Made by a program: the position numbers and the translations under genes. The notes beneath the pieces were generated by a model. The model did no database searches. It was not told the origin of the DNA and saw only the letters and a program-made list of their open reading frames with translations. Positions 44,677 to 45,640 of a stretch of 45,640 nt of DNA are shown here, in pieces; within the stretch, counting starts at the first letter, position 1, and every line of letters begins with the position of its first letter. The DNA comes from an uncultured Gammaproteobacteria bacterium (GTDB lineage Bacteria > Pseudomonadota > Gammaproteobacteria > Magnimaribacterales > D2472). The DNA lies in NCBI GenBank assembly GCA_964455855.1, contig CAYVYQ010000002.1, positions 1 to 45,640 of the forward strand. The letters are read 5' to 3'.

Positions 44677-45640
44677 GAATTGTTATTTCCAAAGACAATG
44701 ACAAGTTATATAGATCTAAGTTACTTTCCTTTGATCCTTCAATGGAAATTATTGCACTTCACCCTCTAGACTCTAATGATCCAGACTGGGAGACGATCCC
44801 AGAATCAGATGCTTTATTTATGTGTTATCAGTTTTTATTTGCGGCTAGAGATAATCCAAAAATTCATGATGCTTTATTAAGTTTAGCCAAACGAATGAAA
44901 TTTCTTCAAAGTGGCTTTGCTGGAATGGATGCACCAATACTCCAAGATGTTTTGAAAATAGAAAATGTTCACATTGCTAATGCAAGCAGTGTTTATGCAA
45001 TTCCAATTGCCCATTATGTTTTCTCACAAATCCTAAGATGGAACAAGAGAATCGATCATCACATTGAATATCAGCAATCTAAAAACTGGGCTCCAATAGC
45101 AGGAGATGGCGAGCTTACTAATAAAACTCTAGTCATTCTTGGTTATGGGGGCATTGGCAGCCAAGTGGCAAAGATAGGCAAAGCTTTTGGAATGAGGGTA
45201 ACTGGGATAAGACGCAATCCTCAAGATGATGAGCATGCTGATGAAGTGTTGGGACTGGATCGGTTTGAAGAATTGCTTCCTCTAACTGATTACTTAGTAC
45301 TTTCATTGCCAGATAGCTCTCAAACAAGAGATATTATCAATGCAGATATCCTAGAAAAACTTAATAGCTCTGCCATGATAATTAATGTGGGTCGGGGCAC
45401 TGCAATTAATGAGGATGATCTTACCCACGCATTGAATGATGGAAAAATTGCTGCTGCAGCATTAGATACCACTAAGGTTGAACCTCTTGATGCTAACTCT
45501 TCACTTTGGACGGCTAAGAATTGTTTTATTTCAGCCCATGATTCAGCCCACTCTCTGTTATCTTTAGAGCGAGCATTTGAGTTATTTTTTCAAAATATTA
45601 AGAATATTCAAAATGGCCAACCAATAAAAAACCTTTACTC
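44673..45640 (+). CDS. D-isomer-specific 2-hydroxyacid dehydrogenase family protein (3' partial, runs off window)
   Basis: Not in the supplied ORF track because there is no stop in the window. My own translation from the ATG at 44673 (ATGA overlap with the ligase stop) gives MRIVISKDN..., NAD motif LGYGGIGSQVAKIG, INVGRGTAINEDDL and a catalytic-His region SAHDSAHS. Confidence 0.8.
   Translation, partial: MRIVISKDNDKLYRSKLLSFDPSMEIIALHPLDSNDPDWETIPESDALFMCYQFLFAARDNPKIHDALLSLAKRMKFLQSGFAGMDAPILQDVLKIENVHIANASSVYAIPIAHYVFSQILRWNKRIDHHIEYQQSKNWAPIAGDGELTNKTLVILGYGGIGSQVAKIGKAFGMRVTGIRRNPQDDEHADEVLGLDRFEELLPLTDYLVLSLPDSSQTRDIINADILEKLNSSAMIINVGRGTAINEDDLTHALNDGKIAAAALDTTKVEPLDANSSLWTAKNCFISAHDSAHSLLSLERAFELFFQNIKNIQNGQPIKNLY

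Noticed and set aside
1-45640. CRISPR arrays, IS elements, prophage or known defence-system genes
   Set aside because: I scanned intergenic regions and ORF products. No repeat-spacer periodicity, transposase or integrase motifs, or defence-associated domains were seen. Intergenic space is nearly absent outside the regions already listed.

Overview
AT-rich (judged by eye, not computed), very tightly packed bacterial chromosome segment. Gene order is Gammaproteobacteria-like (alaS-lysC-...-tRNA-Ser(GCT), uvrB, purL, hflX). I saw no transposase, integrase, CRISPR array, phage genes or recognisable defence system. Positions 1-24000 are mostly housekeeping: tRNA-Asn, uvrB, an SLT-type lytic transglycosylase lipoprotein, purL, two divergent Nudix hydrolases, a gamma-carbonic-anhydrase-like protein, a dienelactone hydrolase, alaS, lysC, a dihydroorotase-like amidohydrolase, tRNA-Ser, GNAT, a stand-alone Pif1-family helicase, a Na+/alanine symporter, a CrtI-like flavoprotein, an unknown lipoprotein, hflX, a thioesterase, an SDR, a TM2 protein and an MBL hydrolase. 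Positions 24114 to the window end form one co-directional catabolic supercluster. Its gene content matches the steroid-nucleus 9,10-seco pathway: HsaC-like extradiol dioxygenase, IpdA/IpdB, an EchA20-like hydratase, IpdC, a second crotonase, an alpha/beta acyl-CoA dehydrogenase pair, a thiolase, SDRs, a P450, HsaD, HsaE/G/F, an LLM oxidoreductase, a KshA-like oxygenase, two Lrp/AsnC regulators, a FadD3-like CoA ligase and a partial 2-hydroxyacid dehydrogenase. The most unusual points are these. (1) The KshA-like Rieske oxygenase is encoded as two genes: a stand-alone Rieske domain, then a protein with a ligand-less remnant Rieske domain and an intact catalytic domain. (2) The EchA20-like and IpdC-like genes are in the same frame, separated by a single TAG. 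A lysine-rich stretch runs across that stop, and the conserved IpdC N-terminus has no canonical start codon. (3) An overlapping pair of Lrp/AsnC genes sits where TetR-type steroid regulators would be expected. (4) hsaAB, kshB, kstD and P450 redox partners are not visible in the window. All functional calls rest on motif and family recognition by eye. No database search was run.
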